Origin: Phoronis australis
Lineage: Eukaryota > Animalia > Phoronida
Reading direction: 5' to 3'
Assembly (NCBI GenBank): GCA_002633005.1
Contig: NMRA01000129.1
Location: forward strand, 90,133-154,132
Length of the DNA stretch: 64,000 bases
Translations under genes and position numbers: made by a program
Shown: positions 62,168-64,000 of the stretch, piece after piece
Layout: every line of letters starts with the position of its first letter
Numbering within the stretch: the first letter of the stretch is position 1
Notes under the pieces: generated by a model
Told to the model about the DNA's origin: nothing
Seen by the model: the letters and a program-made list of their open reading frames with translations, nothing else
Database searches by the model: none

Positions 62168-64000
62168 TTGACCTGAAATTTCTTAATCTTTATTTTTGTT
62201 GATAACTGAAAAATAACATTTCAGTAGTCCATCATATTGTATGCTGAATAGGTGAAAATTATGGTATTTCTATTTTCAAAACATTGAGGTGTGTAGAAGG
62301 AAGGATACAGTAAGTTCAAATCATTCACGGAGCATTGAGCGAAGCATTCTGCAGTGTCAAAAATAATGGTCCAACTTCAAAAGCTCACTGTCTTGTCCAA
62401 AATGTTCAAAATTTCATCGCGTTTTGTTGATGACAGTCGCACCATATACTTCAGATAATCAATAACAGTTGTCTTCTTGTTTACTGTTGTTGAAAATTTT
62501 GATAAAATAGAATTTTATTTTTAGACATAATGTGTTCTAATTTGAAGAAAATATTACTCTACTTGGCAAATGTGACATCGCGAGAGTTCTTCACAAAAAA
62601 TGGATTGAAATGAAACTGTTTTGTAAAAACATGTTTTGGAAGTCATGAAAGGCTGTGAATTAAGAGAAATAAATAATGAGATTGGCAGTATTCTATTACT
62701 AGTCATTTGTTATGTTGGCCAGACTAATTATTGTAATTAGACACAGGACAGATAATTGACATGTCGACATCAAATAACTACATAAGCAATTTGATATCGT
62801 TCATGGCTTCCCCTGTGGTAGGTAGGTTGTGTTTGACATCAGCAAAATGTGAAATGAATTCCCGTCAATGCTATTCTAAGTTAAAGAGTTGAGTCCAGTC
62901 TAAAGCATATTTGGGGCCCGGTAATTTTAGTTTTAGGGTATTCATCTGGGTAAAAGCCCACATTGCTTTCAAAATTTCACTTTTAAACGATCGTGCTCAT
63001 TATCTGTTTTTTGTATTGTTGGAATGGATCTTTCATTTTTCAATGACTTTTAACTTGGTGCACTTGATTGACTTCATCGGTTCCACAGCGTCAACTGGCT
63101 AAGACATGTTATTGGTTGTTGATGACGACTTCCGGCTTACAGACCAATCAGATGTTTTAGCTTCTTGACTTGGCAGAACCACCATAGTCAATCGAGTGTC
63201 GCCAGTTTTGTCATATCTGTCTGGGCGTCTGCTTGTAGAGTCTTAATGAGATTTGGCTTGTGTGCTCCTATGAAGCTGACGACAGATGACGATTTGTTTC
63301 ATACCACTCCGACTATCGCTGTGTCCCTGAGTGGCAGTTTTAGTTTTTTACTGTTGCCTCTGTATCTTCGTGATTTATTCAAATTTGCCAAATACCAGTA
63401 GGTTTTTATTAGAAGACAAGGATTCCTTACATTTTCGGTCGAGTTGACGATTCTGTAACACGTAGTAGCCATTTGTTAAATTTTCGAGTCCATTTTTTGC
63501 CGTCCGTCTTTTTATCTGACAAACCACCTGATGGATTATTGTGAAAATTGAAAGGTTTGTTTTTGATGAGGAGACTGCAGTTGACATTGATTTTCTGACG
63601 TATTCGACTACTCTGGCACCCCTTAATAGGGGCTTTGTTTCATTTTGCGACACGCAGGCTAACTGACTACCATGGTTCAAAAAGTTACTAAAACCAGTCA
63701 ACAGTTAAGACCTATTTTTGATGTTTTATTGTATTTCTTCTGATAAGCTAAATATTTTGAAAAAAAAAATCACCAGTTTTGATACTCATATCATGTTTAT
63801 AGCACTGGAGTTTTTAATGGTACAAACCCCCAAACTACTGTTGTCGCAGAATTGCGACCACGGCAGTAAGAGGGTTAAGAAAATTAAATTCAAAAACATG
63901 TTTTTCAATGCATACTCATGGCTTGACGATGACCTCAGATATTTTTTAATTTCCCCTATTCAAACATGCTCGGCACTAACCCAGTCTAGTACAGTAAAAT

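Overview
Animal (invertebrate, probably lophotrochozoan) nuclear DNA with spliced GT-AG genes, two scaffold gaps (13070-13797, 34001-34389) and two single-N joins (18263, 47454). Four protein-coding genes were reconstructed by hand with phase-consistent splice junctions. (1) The 3' part of a + strand GT-B/GT4 glycosyltransferase (720-5839) whose motifs look bacterial rather than like a standard animal GT4. (2) A 10-exon, ~682-aa uncharacterised - strand gene (6104-16701) that the ORF track only shows in pieces, with an RFX X-box-like site upstream. (3) A 5-exon SLC16/MCT12-like transporter on the - strand (18900-25379). (4) ECT2/Pebble RhoGEF on the + strand (29589 to at least 52225, probably further) with a CHR/CCAAT promoter. 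Introns are full of non-autonomous DNA elements: a THAP-bearing Kolobok-like relic made of two inverted left ends, TTAA-flanked MITEs (one containing a tRNA-like segment), a CAGGG-TIR element with a 6-bp TSD, Helentron/HINE-like repeats, tRNA-derived heads and foldbacks. By eye there is a compositional boundary near 29.5 kb: CpG-rich and TACATGTA/TAGGCCTA-rich to the left, CpG-poor over the ECT2 gene body. All calls come from reading the sequence; no database search was run.
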